A DNA stretch of 62,979 nucleotides from Verrucomicrobiales bacterium. Its GTDB lineage: Bacteria; Verrucomicrobiota; Verrucomicrobiia; Limisphaerales; UBA9464. Under the pieces are notes generated by a model, which made no database searches, was not told where the DNA came from, and was given only the letters and a program-made list of their open reading frames with translations. Positions 9,065 to 18,564 of the stretch are shown one piece after another. The stretch covers positions 1-62,979 of the forward strand of contig SYMJ01000194.1 of the NCBI GenBank assembly GCA_005805505.1, in the 5' to 3' direction. Positions within the stretch are counted from its first letter, which is position 1, and the number at the start of each line of letters is the position of its first letter. Position numbers and translations under genes: made by a program.

Positions 9065-9435
9065 GGTTGGAAAATCAATGGGCAGGCACCCGGACCACCG
9101 CCGCCATGGCGACCATTTGGGTCGTCGTAGCAGTCAATGCAACCCCGTTGGTCGGAGAGCCAGGAGCCGAGCGGTGTACAGGATTGGCCTTGAGCAAACC
9201 TGGAAGGAGTAACGTCGCCGGAGAGACGCTATGGGATCCACTGAACCCCCCGCATCCCGAAAACAGGGCAGAAGCGGCGAAAAAAACCAAAACCGATATT
9301 CCCCGAAATCGATGAGACCCCTTCACGCCCCGAAGGATAGATCGGGCCGCTTCAGGGGCAATCCCCATTTTGGGCGCGTATCGAGGAAGGTCTTGTCGGT
9401 CCGGGCCGCACAGACCACCGTGGAGCCCTGCGACC

Positions 9436-10677
9436 ATGAAATTCATCAGCCTATTGGGTATTGTCGCCCTCATCGGCGTGGCTTGGCTGCTCTCAGAGCA
9501 CAAGCGCCGCTTCCCGTTCCGGGCTGTGCTCTGGGGCGTAACCCTTCAGTTCTTCTTGGGATGGTTTATCCTCAAGACCGCTCCTGGCGAGGCCCTCTTC
9601 AACACCTGCCAGCAGCTTGTTTCTTGCTTCATCAGCTTTGCCAACGAAGGCAACAAACTGATGTTTGGGCCGTTGGCCAATGAAGCGGTGATGTCCAAGG
9701 CCTTTGGCCCGGAAAACGCATTGTTCTTTGCCCTAGTGATCACCGGCATCATCGTGTTGATCAGCACCGTCTCCTCGATCCTTTACCACTACGGAGTTCT
9801 GCAACTCCTCGTCCGCGCCGTGGCCTGGGTCATGCGCCAAACCATGGGCACCAGCGGCAGCGAGACCCTCAGCGCCGCAGCCAACATCTTTATGGGCCAG
9901 ACCGAGGCCCCGCTGCTCATCAAACCCTACTTGCCCGGCATGACTCGCAGTGAATTGCACTGCATGATGGTTGGCGGTTTCGCCACCATCGCCGGCAGCG
10001 TGATGGGGGTGTATTCGGGGTTGCTCAAAGTGCCCGCCGGGCACCTGTTGACCGCCAGCGTGATGAGTGCGCCGGCCGCTCTGCTCATTTCCAAGATCAT
10101 CATCCCGGAGACGCAGGTGAGCGAAACGGCCGCCGGTTCAACAGCCAAGATCGAGCGAGAGACCATCAATGGGATCGATGCCGCCTGCTCCGGCGCCAGC
10201 GACGGCATGAAGCTGGCCATTAATGTCATCGCGATGCTGCTGGCCTTCACATCGCTGGTCGCCGCCGTGAACTGGTTTCTCGGTCAGGGATTCAGCCAGC
10301 TCGGTTGGCAGACTCAACAACCCCTGCAAATCCTGCTCGGTTACGCCAACGCTCCGTTTGCTTGGCTCATGGGCATCCCCTCCAAGGATTGCTTGGCCGT
10401 GGGACAAATCTTGGGCGAACGCATCGTGCTGACCGAGTTTGTGGGGTACCTCTCACTGTCTCAGCAACAAGCGTCACTGGACCCCCGCAGTTACGTCATT
10501 GCCACCTACGCGCTCTGCGGATTCGCCAACTTCGGCAGCGTGGCCATTCAAATCGGAGGCATCGGTGCTCTGGTGCCCAGCCGACGCAAAGACCTGGCCC
10601 AAGTGGGCATCAAGGCCATGGTGGGAGGTCTCTTCGCCTGCTACATGACCGGCTGCGTGGTGGGATTCCTGCTCTGA
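9436..10677 (+). CDS. nupC: NupC/NupG-family concentrative nucleoside transporter
   Basis: MKFISLLGIVALIGVAWLLSEHKR..., GSETLSAAANIFMGQTEAPLLIKPY and FANFGSVAIQIGG motifs. ATG 9436 within ORF 9370..10677. Confidence 0.85.
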   Translation: MKFISLLGIVALIGVAWLLSEHKRRFPFRAVLWGVTLQFFLGWFILKTAPGEALFNTCQQLVSCFISFANEGNKLMFGPLANEAVMSKAFGPENALFFALVITGIIVLISTVSSILYHYGVLQLLVRAVAWVMRQTMGTSGSETLSAAANIFMGQTEAPLLIKPYLPGMTRSELHCMMVGGFATIAGSVMGVYSGLLKVPAGHLLTASVMSAPAALLISKIIIPETQVSETAAGSTAKIERETINGIDAACSGASDGMKLAINVIAMLLAFTSLVAAVNWFLGQGFSQLGWQTQQPLQILLGYANAPFAWLMGIPSKDCLAVGQILGERIVLTEFVGYLSLSQQQASLDPRSYVIATYALCGFANFGSVAIQIGGIGALVPSRRKDLAQVGIKAMVGGLFACYMTGCVVGFLL

Positions 10678-10685
10678 ACTCTCCG

Positions 10686-11507
10686 ATGCCTACAGAAATT
10701 CACCCTACAGCGGTTATCCATCCTTCAGCCCAACTCGGCGAAGGCTGCCAAGTCGGCCCCCATGCTGTCATTGATGCTCATGTGGTCCTGGGGCCTGATT
10801 GCCAGGTGGGCCCCGGTGCCTACCTGACCGGCCATACCCAACTGGGATCAGGCAATCGCATCCATGCCGGGGCGGTTCTTGGAGACGCCCCTCAAGACTT
10901 CAAATACGCGGGACAACCCACTCGACTTCGTATCGGTAACGATAACGTCTTTCGGGAACACGTGACCGTGCACCGCTCGAATCGCCTGGACGAAGACACG
11001 GTCCTCGGCGACGGAAACTTTCTAATGGCCGGCTCTCATGTCGGACACAACAGTGTTTTAGGGAACCACAATGTCCTAGCCAATGGGGCCCTGTTGGGGG
11101 GCCATGTAGTGGTGCACGACCGGGCCTTCATTTCCGGGAGCTGCCTGGTCCACCAGTTTTGCCGGATTGGTCGGCTGGCTCTGATGCAAGGCGGTTCGGC
11201 CATCTCACTCGACCTCCCTCCCTTCACGCTGGCACAGGAAACAAACATCCTCTGCGGCCTCAATCGGGTGGGATTGCGTCGGGCCGGCATTAGTCCAGAA
11301 GACCGCCGGGCCCTCCAACGCGTGTATCACCTCCTCTTTCGATCGGTCCTCCCGCGGGCCGAGCGCCTGCGTCAAGCCGCTGCCAATTTCCCTCAACCCG
11401 TCTGTCAGGAATTAATCGCCTTCGTGGCCACATCGACCCGGGGCCTGTGTGCCGATCCAGGTCGCCGGAATGGTTCCAACTCCGACGAAGAGGCCTCAAC
11501 CCACTGA
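10686..11507 (+). CDS. lpxA: Acyl-ACP--UDP-N-acetylglucosamine O-acyltransferase
   Basis: Left-handed beta-helix hexapeptide repeats (IHPTAVIHPSAQLGEGCQVGPHAVI...) and the C-terminal helical domain typical of LpxA. ATG 10686, 8 nt after the nupC stop. Confidence 0.85.
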   Translation: MPTEIHPTAVIHPSAQLGEGCQVGPHAVIDAHVVLGPDCQVGPGAYLTGHTQLGSGNRIHAGAVLGDAPQDFKYAGQPTRLRIGNDNVFREHVTVHRSNRLDEDTVLGDGNFLMAGSHVGHNSVLGNHNVLANGALLGGHVVVHDRAFISGSCLVHQFCRIGRLALMQGGSAISLDLPPFTLAQETNILCGLNRVGLRRAGISPEDRRALQRVYHLLFRSVLPRAERLRQAAANFPQPVCQELIAFVATSTRGLCADPGRRNGSNSDEEASTH

Positions 11508-11572
11508 CCCGCAATCCCAGAGGCAGCCCGGGCTCTACGGCCGGCCGATCTCTGAGCCTCCCAACGACAACG

Positions 11573-12427
11573 ATGGAATTCGCTTACTCCCTGGTCCAAC
11601 TGGCCAACGGCACCACCAGCATACGATCGCTGGCCGAAGGGGAGACCTTTCACCCAGTCATCGGCCCGGTCGCCGAGGCCGAGGCGCTGTACGTGAGACA
11701 GCTGCGACTCCCGGAACGCCTCACCGCATCCACCGATGATGAATGGGTTCTTTGGGATGTGGGGCTGGGCAGCGCAGCCAATGTCACCACCGCCCTGCGG
11801 CATCTGGCCGGGATCCCGAAACGAATTTGCATCGTCAGTTTTGATCACACCCTAGAACCGTTGCGCTTCGCCCGAGACCATGCCCAAGAGTTGGGCTATC
11901 CGTTGGGCTTCGAGACCGCCTTTGGCGCGCTGCTGGAACATCATCAGTGCGAGTTCGTCCACGATCGCCTTTCAGTCCGCTGGCAAGCTGAGGTGGCCGA
12001 TTTTCCCAGCCTCATCCAATCGGCCGCACCACTGCCGGCTCCCCACGCAATTTTCTACGACGCGTATTCCCCCGCACGGAATCCCGCGATGTGGACGCTG
12101 CCCCTGTTCCAACGACTCTTCGAGCGATTGGATCCGACTCGCCCCTGCGCCATGGCCACCTATTCCCGGGCCACCCTCCTGCGGACGACCCTGCTCCGGG
12201 CCGGCTTCTGTGTCGGCGCCGGCGAGGCCACCGGGGAAAAGGAAGAGACGACTCTGGCCGGCAATACGTTGTCCCTGATTCCTCGGCCCCTCGGAAGCGA
12301 CTGGCTTGGCCGAGCTCTGCGTTCCACCAGTGCCGAACCTCTGGAGAGCGCTGTCTACCGGCAGGCTCCTTTGTCTGAAGGGACCCGAGCCGCACTGCTG
12401 GGCCACCCCCAGTTCCGGCAGGATTAA
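11573..12427 (+). CDS. Stand-alone MnmC-like SAM-dependent methyltransferase (DUF752/Methyltransf_30 type)
   Basis: IFYDAYSPARNPAMWTLPLFQRL...ATYSRATLLRTTLLRAGFCV matches the FDAFSP..NPe.W / Tys.a..vr..L..aGF signature. Confidence 0.65.
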   Translation: MEFAYSLVQLANGTTSIRSLAEGETFHPVIGPVAEAEALYVRQLRLPERLTASTDDEWVLWDVGLGSAANVTTALRHLAGIPKRICIVSFDHTLEPLRFARDHAQELGYPLGFETAFGALLEHHQCEFVHDRLSVRWQAEVADFPSLIQSAAPLPAPHAIFYDAYSPARNPAMWTLPLFQRLFERLDPTRPCAMATYSRATLLRTTLLRAGFCVGAGEATGEKEETTLAGNTLSLIPRPLGSDWLGRALRSTSAEPLESAVYRQAPLSEGTRAALLGHPQFRQD

Positions 12428-12511
12428 ATCGTCAGACCCGGGGTTAGATTCTCAGGCGCGCAATAAGACTAGCTGAAACAAAAGCCCGTCTGGCAGAACC
12501 GGTTCCAGGGT

Positions 12512-13159
12512 TTAGAAATAGCCTGGAAAACCATCCTTCTCAAAAAGTCCGATGAAACCCAGACCACTCAATCTGGGTTGGTTCATCGATTCGACGTGAC
12601 CATCAAAAAACCAGCCATTGGCTCGGTTGGAATGACGGCCGTGGATCTCATAATCCTCATCGATTCGAAAGACATGAAACTGCCGGGCAGTAATGCCCAA
12701 ACGACCCCGACTAGTGGTATCAGCCAAGTGGAGGTACGAGGAGGGTTGTTCTATCCGCTCACTCTGGAGAAATTCTTGAAGGGGCCCGGACCGTAGGACC
12801 TCCGGAGGGTCGACCCAAACACCGAAGGTCATCAGCCAATTGGTCCAAGAAGAAGGCGGATAGGTGGGGCAAAGAAAAATGGAAGCAGGCAGGTTCTGAT
12901 GGGCCGCCACCGACTGGGCCCACGTATTGGTGATCATCAATGGCGATTGGAGACGGACCGCACCCCGATGATCCTGCGCATAAAGTTGAGTGGCCAATCC
13001 TACCTGCCGCAAATTGCCCTGACAGCGTGCCGACCCCGCCTTGGCCTTGGCCGAGGACAATGCGGGCAACAACATCGCCGCCAGGATGGCGATCACAGCA
13101 ATCACCACCAGCAACTCCACCAAGGTAAACGCCTTACTGCGGGAGATCTGCGACCTCAT
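12512..13159 (-). CDS. Prepilin-type N-terminal domain protein (DUF1559/H-X9-DG-like pseudopilin)
   Basis: [35 protein letters not shown]-terminal [12 protein letters not shown] motif. ATG 13159 within ORF 12512..13264. Confidence 0.85.
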   Translation of the reverse strand: MRSQISRSKAFTLVELLVVIAVIAILAAMLLPALSSAKAKAGSARCQGNLRQVGLATQLYAQDHRGAVRLQSPLMITNTWAQSVAAHQNLPASIFLCPTYPPSSWTNWLMTFGVWVDPPEVLRSGPLQEFLQSERIEQPSSYLHLADTTSRGRLGITARQFHVFRIDEDYEIHGRHSNRANGWFFDGHVESMNQPRLSGLGFIGLFEKDGFPGYF

Positions 13160-13264
13160 TGGGCTGACATTACAAACATTGTTGAACGGGCGCCATCCCC
13201 TTCCCAAGGGACAATCCCAACCAAAACAGACCAAACCGAGCCCATCTGCGGCCAACGCCAGCAC

Positions 13265-13957
13265 CGAGAGTCATTGGCTCCGATGCTTTCACCGCTATGG
13301 CGGAACAAATCTATTGAGAAATGACACATCCCACCCGAACCGTGAGCCTAACTCCAGAGGGCTGCGACCGACGATCTACGAAGCCATTCGGCCTTTTGCG
13401 AGGACCTCCCCCGGTCGATAGGTCTATTAGAGACCTTTGCTAGGCTCCTGCCAGTCCCGCGGCGCTGAGCCCCGGCTCCGATGCCTGCTTCTCGTCCCAG
13501 TCTGAAAATCTCAGTGCAGCGTCTCTCTGAATCTTCAGATAAGCTCCAAGCAACAGTTGGCAGTGCAGGCCCCTGTTACTCTCTAGAAACTCATTCACAA
13601 TTAGGCTTCAAAGCGACTGTTTAAGGAATGTTATCAACAGGTTATTAACAGGTTTGAATTCGCTATTTTTACCGTGTCGGATACAATTTGTTGAAATAGA
13701 CTTACTGTCGATAATCTTCAATTTTTAGGGCTTTTTACGATCTATCTCCTCTGCTTTCATTTGTGCCCACCAACAGAAAAGAGGTCATCCGAACAGACTG
13801 TTGGCAGGTTGATCCTGCCTCATTGGCCGATGCTTCATTAGACATTTACTCTTGCCTTGTTTTTTCCAATCGTTACGTTCTGAACACAACGCATCGTCCA
13901 ATGCTGGTTTTTCAGCTCAGGATGGTCGGGTTCAGTTAAATTAAAAACGTATCCATC
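13265..13957. other. AT-rich non-coding island (about 35-45% GC against about 60% in the flanks); probable long regulatory leader
   Basis: No ORF of 60 aa or more has coding-like third-position bias. Contains a direct repeat TTATCAACAGGT/TATTAACAGGTT (13631..13654) and hairpins CCAACAG-N22-CTGTTGG (13770..13805) and GGCAGG-TTGAT-CCTGCC (13803..13819). Confidence 0.7.
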
Positions 13958-14362
13958 ATGGACATTACTAAAGAGATCAAACGTCAGGCCCAGGAACTCC
14001 AGAAGAAGCTGGAATTGTTGCGCGACAACAACCTCCAAGAGCTGGTCACCAAAAAAGCCGCGCTGGAAACCCAATTGACCGACATCGAAGGGCAGATTTC
14101 CAACACCTGCAAGCGTCTGGGTATCTCCATGGCGGGTTCCTCCTCCCCGGCCCGCGCTGAGCGGCGGACCCGTATGGGTAGCGATGTCATCCGCGCCAAA
14201 ATCACTGAAGTCCTGAAGGCGTCCCCTCAAGGCCTTTCTCAGATCGACATTGCTAAGCAGACCGGGGTTTCCTATGCTAGCGTGATTAACTTCCTGAAGG
14301 ATAATCAGGACAGCATCCGCACTGAAGGCGATCGCAAGAGCAAGCTCGTCTTCCTCAAGTAA
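13958..14362 (+). CDS. Small DNA-binding protein: N-terminal coiled coil, basic Ser/Arg linker, C-terminal winged helix-turn-helix (Rok/H-NS-like architecture)
   Basis: Heptad-rich residues 1-55 (KEIKRQAQELQKKLELLRDNNLQELVTKKAALETQL). Linker SSSPARAERRTRMGS. wHTH GLSQIDIAKQTGVSYASVINFLKDN plus wing RTEGDRKSKLVFLK. G/C-rich third codon positions favour this strand over antisense ORF 13838..14425. Confidence 0.7.
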   Translation: MDITKEIKRQAQELQKKLELLRDNNLQELVTKKAALETQLTDIEGQISNTCKRLGISMAGSSSPARAERRTRMGSDVIRAKITEVLKASPQGLSQIDIAKQTGVSYASVINFLKDNQDSIRTEGDRKSKLVFLK

Positions 14363-14452
14363 ACGCGCAGGTCCTTGGACCTCCTTATAGACCTCCATTT
14401 TGGCCTCCTTTTTAGCGATATTCATCAGCTAAACAAAACAGCCAAAAATCCG

Positions 14453-14514
14453 AAAAAGGCCGGTATTCGCAGAGCGACCTGAGGGTTGCCTGAAATCGAA
14501 TACCGGCCTTTTTT
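14453..14514. terminator. Bidirectional terminator between convergent genes
   Basis: AAAAAGGCCGGTATTCG-N27-CGAATACCGGCCTTTTTT, with an A-tract upstream and a T-tract downstream. Confidence 0.65.
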
Positions 14515-14609
14515 CGGCCTTTTTGTCGATGCCTTGAGCGACAAATTCACCACGAAAACCGTTGGATCGGTTTGGCTGGAACTTTCAGAACTTAGTCTGA
14601 GCCCGTACT

Positions 14610-15380
14610 TTAGGGGTTCAATAATCGAATCACCTCGTCGTGCAGTTCCGGCGCGCACGCCACCATGGAAGTCGCGCCGACGTGATTAGCCGGCTGGCCC
14701 TGCCAGTCGGAGAAACGAGCGCCGGCCCCTTCCAACACGGGTACCAGCGGCAGGAGGTCCCACGGGTTCATGATCGGATCGACCATCACATCCACCCACC
14801 CAGAGCACAGCAGCAAGTAGCCGTAACAGTCGCCGAAGCCCCGGTAGAGCCGAACCGAACGGGTCAGGGCATCGAACCGGGCTCCATTCTGGTACTTGGC
14901 TGGATAAAGAGGATCGGTCGTCAGGAGGGAAGCCTCGGAAAGGCGGGCGCAGCGTCGGACCCGGACCGGTCGATCATTGAGCGTGGTGGTGACTCCATCT
15001 CCAATCATCAACTGACGCGTCACAGGTTGGTGAATGCATCCCACAATGGGCCGACCGCGATGGAGCAAACCGATGAGAGTCCCAAAGAGGGGGACCCCCA
15101 GGATGAAACTTTTGGTCCCGTCCACCGGATCGAGCACCCAGACGTACTCAGCATCGCCCCGTTCAGTGCCGAATTCCTCGCCGATAATGCCATGCTCTGG
15201 AAAGCGACGCGCAATCATCTCCCGCATCACCTTCTCGGCCCCGCGATCAGCGAGGGTCACGGGAGAGGCATCGCTCTTAAGTTCCAAGCCCATGTCCCGG
15301 GATCCGAAGTAAGGCAAGATAACCTGGGCGCTGGCCTCGGCGAGTTCCCGCACAAAGGCAACAAAGGGCTCGTGATTCAT
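14610..15380 (-). CDS. hisN: Inositol-monophosphatase-family protein, probably histidinol-phosphatase (HisN type)
   Basis: WVLDPVDGTKSF metal-binding motif and GFGDCYGYLLLCSGWVDVMVDP..NPWDLLPL resemble the HisN subfamily. Confidence 0.6.
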   Translation of the reverse strand: MNHEPFVAFVRELAEASAQVILPYFGSRDMGLELKSDASPVTLADRGAEKVMREMIARRFPEHGIIGEEFGTERGDAEYVWVLDPVDGTKSFILGVPLFGTLIGLLHRGRPIVGCIHQPVTRQLMIGDGVTTTLNDRPVRVRRCARLSEASLLTTDPLYPAKYQNGARFDALTRSVRLYRGFGDCYGYLLLCSGWVDVMVDPIMNPWDLLPLVPVLEGAGARFSDWQGQPANHVGATSMVACAPELHDEVIRLLNP

Positions 15381-15444
15381 GACGACGCCAGATGAGAGCA
15401 GAATGGCCCGTGTTTGAAAACCGAAGACCCGTTACGAAATCGGC

Positions 15445-16512
15445 TCAGGACCGGGCCATTGCCAAGACTCGCTCGGCCAACCGACTACCCAGGCGCTCGG
15501 CGTCCCGGACCGGCGCCTTATCTTCCTCGTAACGGCCCACGCCGTCGCGGAAGACCGCCACCCGCAGCTGTAACTGGTGTCCCACCACCCGGGCATAGCC
15601 AGCGATGGGACTCTGACATCCGCCACCCATACCGCGCAGGAAGGACCGCTCGGCCAGCACCGCCTGTTGGGTGTTGAAGTGATTCAGGATCTTGATCCGA
15701 GAGCCGATCTCCGAATCCCCAGCGCGGATTTCAAGAGCCACAGCACCCTGCCCCACAGCCGGTAGAAATTCTTCCGGCTCCAGGATCGTCCCAAGAATGC
15801 CCTCGGGCGGCGGATCAAACATCCCCCGTTGGGCCGGACTCAGCCGATAATCGGCCCGCAGTGCCCCTTTGGGACTGAGGTCGAAACCCAAACGGGTCAA
15901 TCCAGCCGCGGCGAGCAAGGTGGCATCGATTCCATCGTCCCGAAGCAGCTTGGAGAGCCGGGTCCCCACATTGCCGCGAATTGGCACCACGGACATATCG
16001 GGCCGCAGCGCCTTCACTAGGGCCGATCGCCGAGTACTGCTGGTGGCTACCACCGCGCCTTCGGGCAAGTCTTCTAGCGAGAGGCCCGGACCAAAGCCCG
16101 AACGCTCCTTACTTCCTGGGGTCCAGTCGGCGACCGGATTCTTCTCCGCAACAACCCGCACCCCATCGCGATACAGCAAAACCTCCCGGACATCGGCGCG
16201 GAGACAAATGGCCCCCAATGTCAGCCCTTCCGGCAATTCGGTGGGCAGATCCTTGAGGCTGTGGACCGCCAAGTCAGCCCGACCTTCCAAGAGGGCCAGT
16301 TCCAGTTCCTTGGTGAACAATCCTTTCGGCAGTGGCGTCCCGGTGTCGGCCAGCGCCGAAGTCTGGAGGGCATCACCCGTGGTTCGGATCACTTCCAGTT
16401 CGAAGCGCTCGCCCGGGAATGCCACCTGAAGGCGGTATTGGACCTGACGGGACTGGGCCAATGCCAGGGCGCTACCGCGGGTGGCGATGAGGATGGGGCG
16501 ATTCAGAGACAT
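15445..16512 (-). CDS. hemC: Hydroxymethylbilane synthase (porphobilinogen deaminase)
   Basis: ILIATRGSALALAQS..., TTGD, GNVGTRL and GGCQSPIAGYA (cofactor Cys) motifs. Confidence 0.9.
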   Translation of the reverse strand: MSLNRPILIATRGSALALAQSRQVQYRLQVAFPGERFELEVIRTTGDALQTSALADTGTPLPKGLFTKELELALLEGRADLAVHSLKDLPTELPEGLTLGAICLRADVREVLLYRDGVRVVAEKNPVADWTPGSKERSGFGPGLSLEDLPEGAVVATSSTRRSALVKALRPDMSVVPIRGNVGTRLSKLLRDDGIDATLLAAAGLTRLGFDLSPKGALRADYRLSPAQRGMFDPPPEGILGTILEPEEFLPAVGQGAVALEIRAGDSEIGSRIKILNHFNTQQAVLAERSFLRGMGGGCQSPIAGYARVVGHQLQLRVAVFRDGVGRYEEDKAPVRDAERLGSRLAERVLAMARS

Positions 16513-16517
16513 GGAAA

Positions 16518-17567
16518 TCAGGCGGCCGGTGAGCGCAAGGCAAAGGGACCGAAGCGACGCCCACCATCAAACTCGGCAGCGGCTTCGCGGATCATCGTCT
16601 CGCAACGGGCCACCTCTTCCCGGCGTTGGCGAGTCGCGGTATCGGCCACCGATTGGAGGTCATCGACATTGGCTAGGAACACTTCCGGCAACAAGGTCAC
16701 GGCAGGATCGATGTCCCGCGGCACCGCCAGATCGATGAGCAAAATGGGACGAGGCCTGCGCCCTGCCATCAGCCGTTCCAGCCGATCCCGGTCGAGGATT
16801 GGATGCGGCGAACCCGTGGCGCTAATTACGATATCCACAGCGGCGAATTCATGCTCCCAGTCCTGGAAACCAATGGCCCGACCGTCCAGTTCCTCAGCCA
16901 AGGCTGCGGCACGGTCGAAGGAACGATTGGAGACGAGGATACCCTTAGCGCCACGACCCCGAAGCGCCCGGGCAGTCTTTTCGCTGGTGTCGCCAGCCCC
17001 GATCACCATCACCTGGCGCCGATCTAGGTCGTCGAAAATCCTCTCGGCCAGTTCGACGGCGACGGCGGCTACCGAGGTGTTGCCCCGTTGAATCTGGGTC
17101 TCGGTGCGGACGCGCTTGGCCATGGCGAACGCCCTTTGGAATGATCGGTTCAGGATGCCCCCAGTGCTCCCTGCAGCCAAGGCGACCGAGTAGAATCGCT
17201 TGATTTGACCCAAGATCTCCGTCTCGCCCAGCACCAACGAATCTAGGCCGGAGACCACGCGGAACAGGTGCTCCAAAGCTGCGGTTCCCTGGTGGGTGTA
17301 CACGATTCCCGACAGGTCACCGGAGTGGCCCCGGTCGCGAGCCAGAAAACCCCGCAATTGCTGGGCCAATGCCGCCGGATCGCCCGATGGGCTTGCGGCA
17401 TACAATTCGACCCGATTGCAGGTAGAGATCACCAAAGCCTCGGTGGCCAGACCCAAAGATCGAATGCGAGCCGCCGCTGACGCGAGGTCGGCCTCAGTAA
17501 AGGCCATCCGCTCCCGAACCTCGATGGGAGCGGTCTTATGACTGACACCTACAGCAACAAGAGGCAT
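16518..17567 (-). CDS. hemA: Glutamyl-tRNA reductase (short form, 349 aa)
   Basis: VGVSHKTAPIEVRE, STCNRVELY (catalytic Cys) and NADPH-binding VIGAGDTS motifs. Its ATG overlaps the upstream stop by 1 nt (TGATG). Confidence 0.9.
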   Translation of the reverse strand: MPLVAVGVSHKTAPIEVRERMAFTEADLASAAARIRSLGLATEALVISTCNRVELYAASPSGDPAALAQQLRGFLARDRGHSGDLSGIVYTHQGTAALEHLFRVVSGLDSLVLGETEILGQIKRFYSVALAAGSTGGILNRSFQRAFAMAKRVRTETQIQRGNTSVAAVAVELAERIFDDLDRRQVMVIGAGDTSEKTARALRGRGAKGILVSNRSFDRAAALAEELDGRAIGFQDWEHEFAAVDIVISATGSPHPILDRDRLERLMAGRRPRPILLIDLAVPRDIDPAVTLLPEVFLANVDDLQSVADTATRQRREEVARCETMIREAAAEFDGGRRFGPFALRSPAA

Positions 17568-18412
17568 CAGGAGTTGGGGCGTGGAACCCGGTTATGCATC
17601 TCGGAAAGAAGGTACATGCCCCAGAAGGTGAGCATGAGCACGGAGAAACCTAGAACCGAACCCCAAGCCAGCCGACGACCCCGCTGACGAAACTGCCAGG
17701 CAGCGATCAAGAGTCCGCCATAGAGCAACCATGTGACGCAGGAATAGATGACGAAGGGATCCGCGACAAACCACGCCCCCCTCGCCTGCCGCAAATACAA
17801 GGAGCCCGAAGCCATACCCGCAGACAGCAGCCCCCAACCGACCCAGAGCAGGCCCGTCGTCGCCGACTCCAATCGAGTGATGGGCGGCAAGAGCGCCCGC
17901 AACGCGCGGGCCTTGTCAAAACGCAGACTGTGCTCTTGCCGCAAGTACATGCCAGATGCCAGAGAACCCAAACCAAAGGATCCATAGGCCAAAAGAACTA
18001 AGGCCGCATGGATCGGACCCCAGCCGCTGGAGAAGTCAGGACGCTGGCCGGCAGGCGGGTCTAGGGCGGGCATGAGCGCGAAGACACCCAGTAAAGTGAG
18101 GACCGGTGCCGCAAAGGCCCCCAAGAATCGCATGCGACTGAATCCTCCGATCAACAAGTAGACCGTGGAAATGGTCCAGGTCACGAACATGGTCGCTTCG
18201 AACAGGTTGTTAATGGGACACCGTTCGAGGGAAAATCCGCGGCGAAACATGGCCCCGGTGTGGAGCACCCAACCGACGGACATGAGCGCGTATAGCGCGA
18301 CACTGTCCCGCTGAAACTGCCGACGCCAAATGATCACAGCAAAGCCCGCAGCCAGCGCATACAGCACTACCGCGGCACCAAACAATCCTCGATCAGAAAA
18401 CGGCAACGACAC
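17567..18412 (-). CDS. Cytochrome c assembly family membrane protein (CcsA/HemX-like) heading the hem operon
   Basis: 8 predicted TM segments. Position immediately upstream of hemA resembles the Bacillus hemAXC arrangement. GTG start. Confidence 0.65.
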   Translation of the reverse strand: MSLPFSDRGLFGAAVVLYALAAGFAVIIWRRQFQRDSVALYALMSVGWVLHTGAMFRRGFSLERCPINNLFEATMFVTWTISTVYLLIGGFSRMRFLGAFAAPVLTLLGVFALMPALDPPAGQRPDFSSGWGPIHAALVLLAYGSFGLGSLASGMYLRQEHSLRFDKARALRALLPPITRLESATTGLLWVGWGLLSAGMASGSLYLRQARGAWFVADPFVIYSCVTWLLYGGLLIAAWQFRQRGRRLAWGSVLGFSVLMLTFWGMYLLSEMHNRVPRPNS

Positions 18413-18564
18413 GAGAGAACCAAGTTAGATGCAGTCAAGGGCTAGGCAAACCGCGGTTCGATCGCACGTTTTGCCGCACGTTTTTGTCGCTCGTTTTGGG
18501 CGACCGAACCGCCAGCCTCTGCCCGTTTCATTCAGCTGCCCGTCTCCGGACAGGCCCGGAAAGA

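Noticed and set aside
9065-9435. A possible cobalamin riboswitch in the 370-nt hpnH / nupC divergent spacer. On the minus strand, GGTCCGGGTGCCTGCC just upstream of the hpnH ATG resembles a B12 box, and GGGGGTTCAGTGGATCC lies about 130 nt upstream.
   Set aside because: The diagnostic core blocks are absent (GGGAA..GGUG.AA.UCC helix, CCCGC.ACUGU, GCCACUG). Repression of a B12-dependent pathway by B12 would also be unusual. It is still worth a cmsearch with RF00174, but I cannot support it as a feature.
13838-14425. A 195-aa ORF antisense to the coiled-coil/wHTH gene.
   Set aside because: The + strand frame has strongly G/C-biased third positions and a coherent domain structure. The minus-strand frame lacks both and runs across the flanking non-coding DNA.
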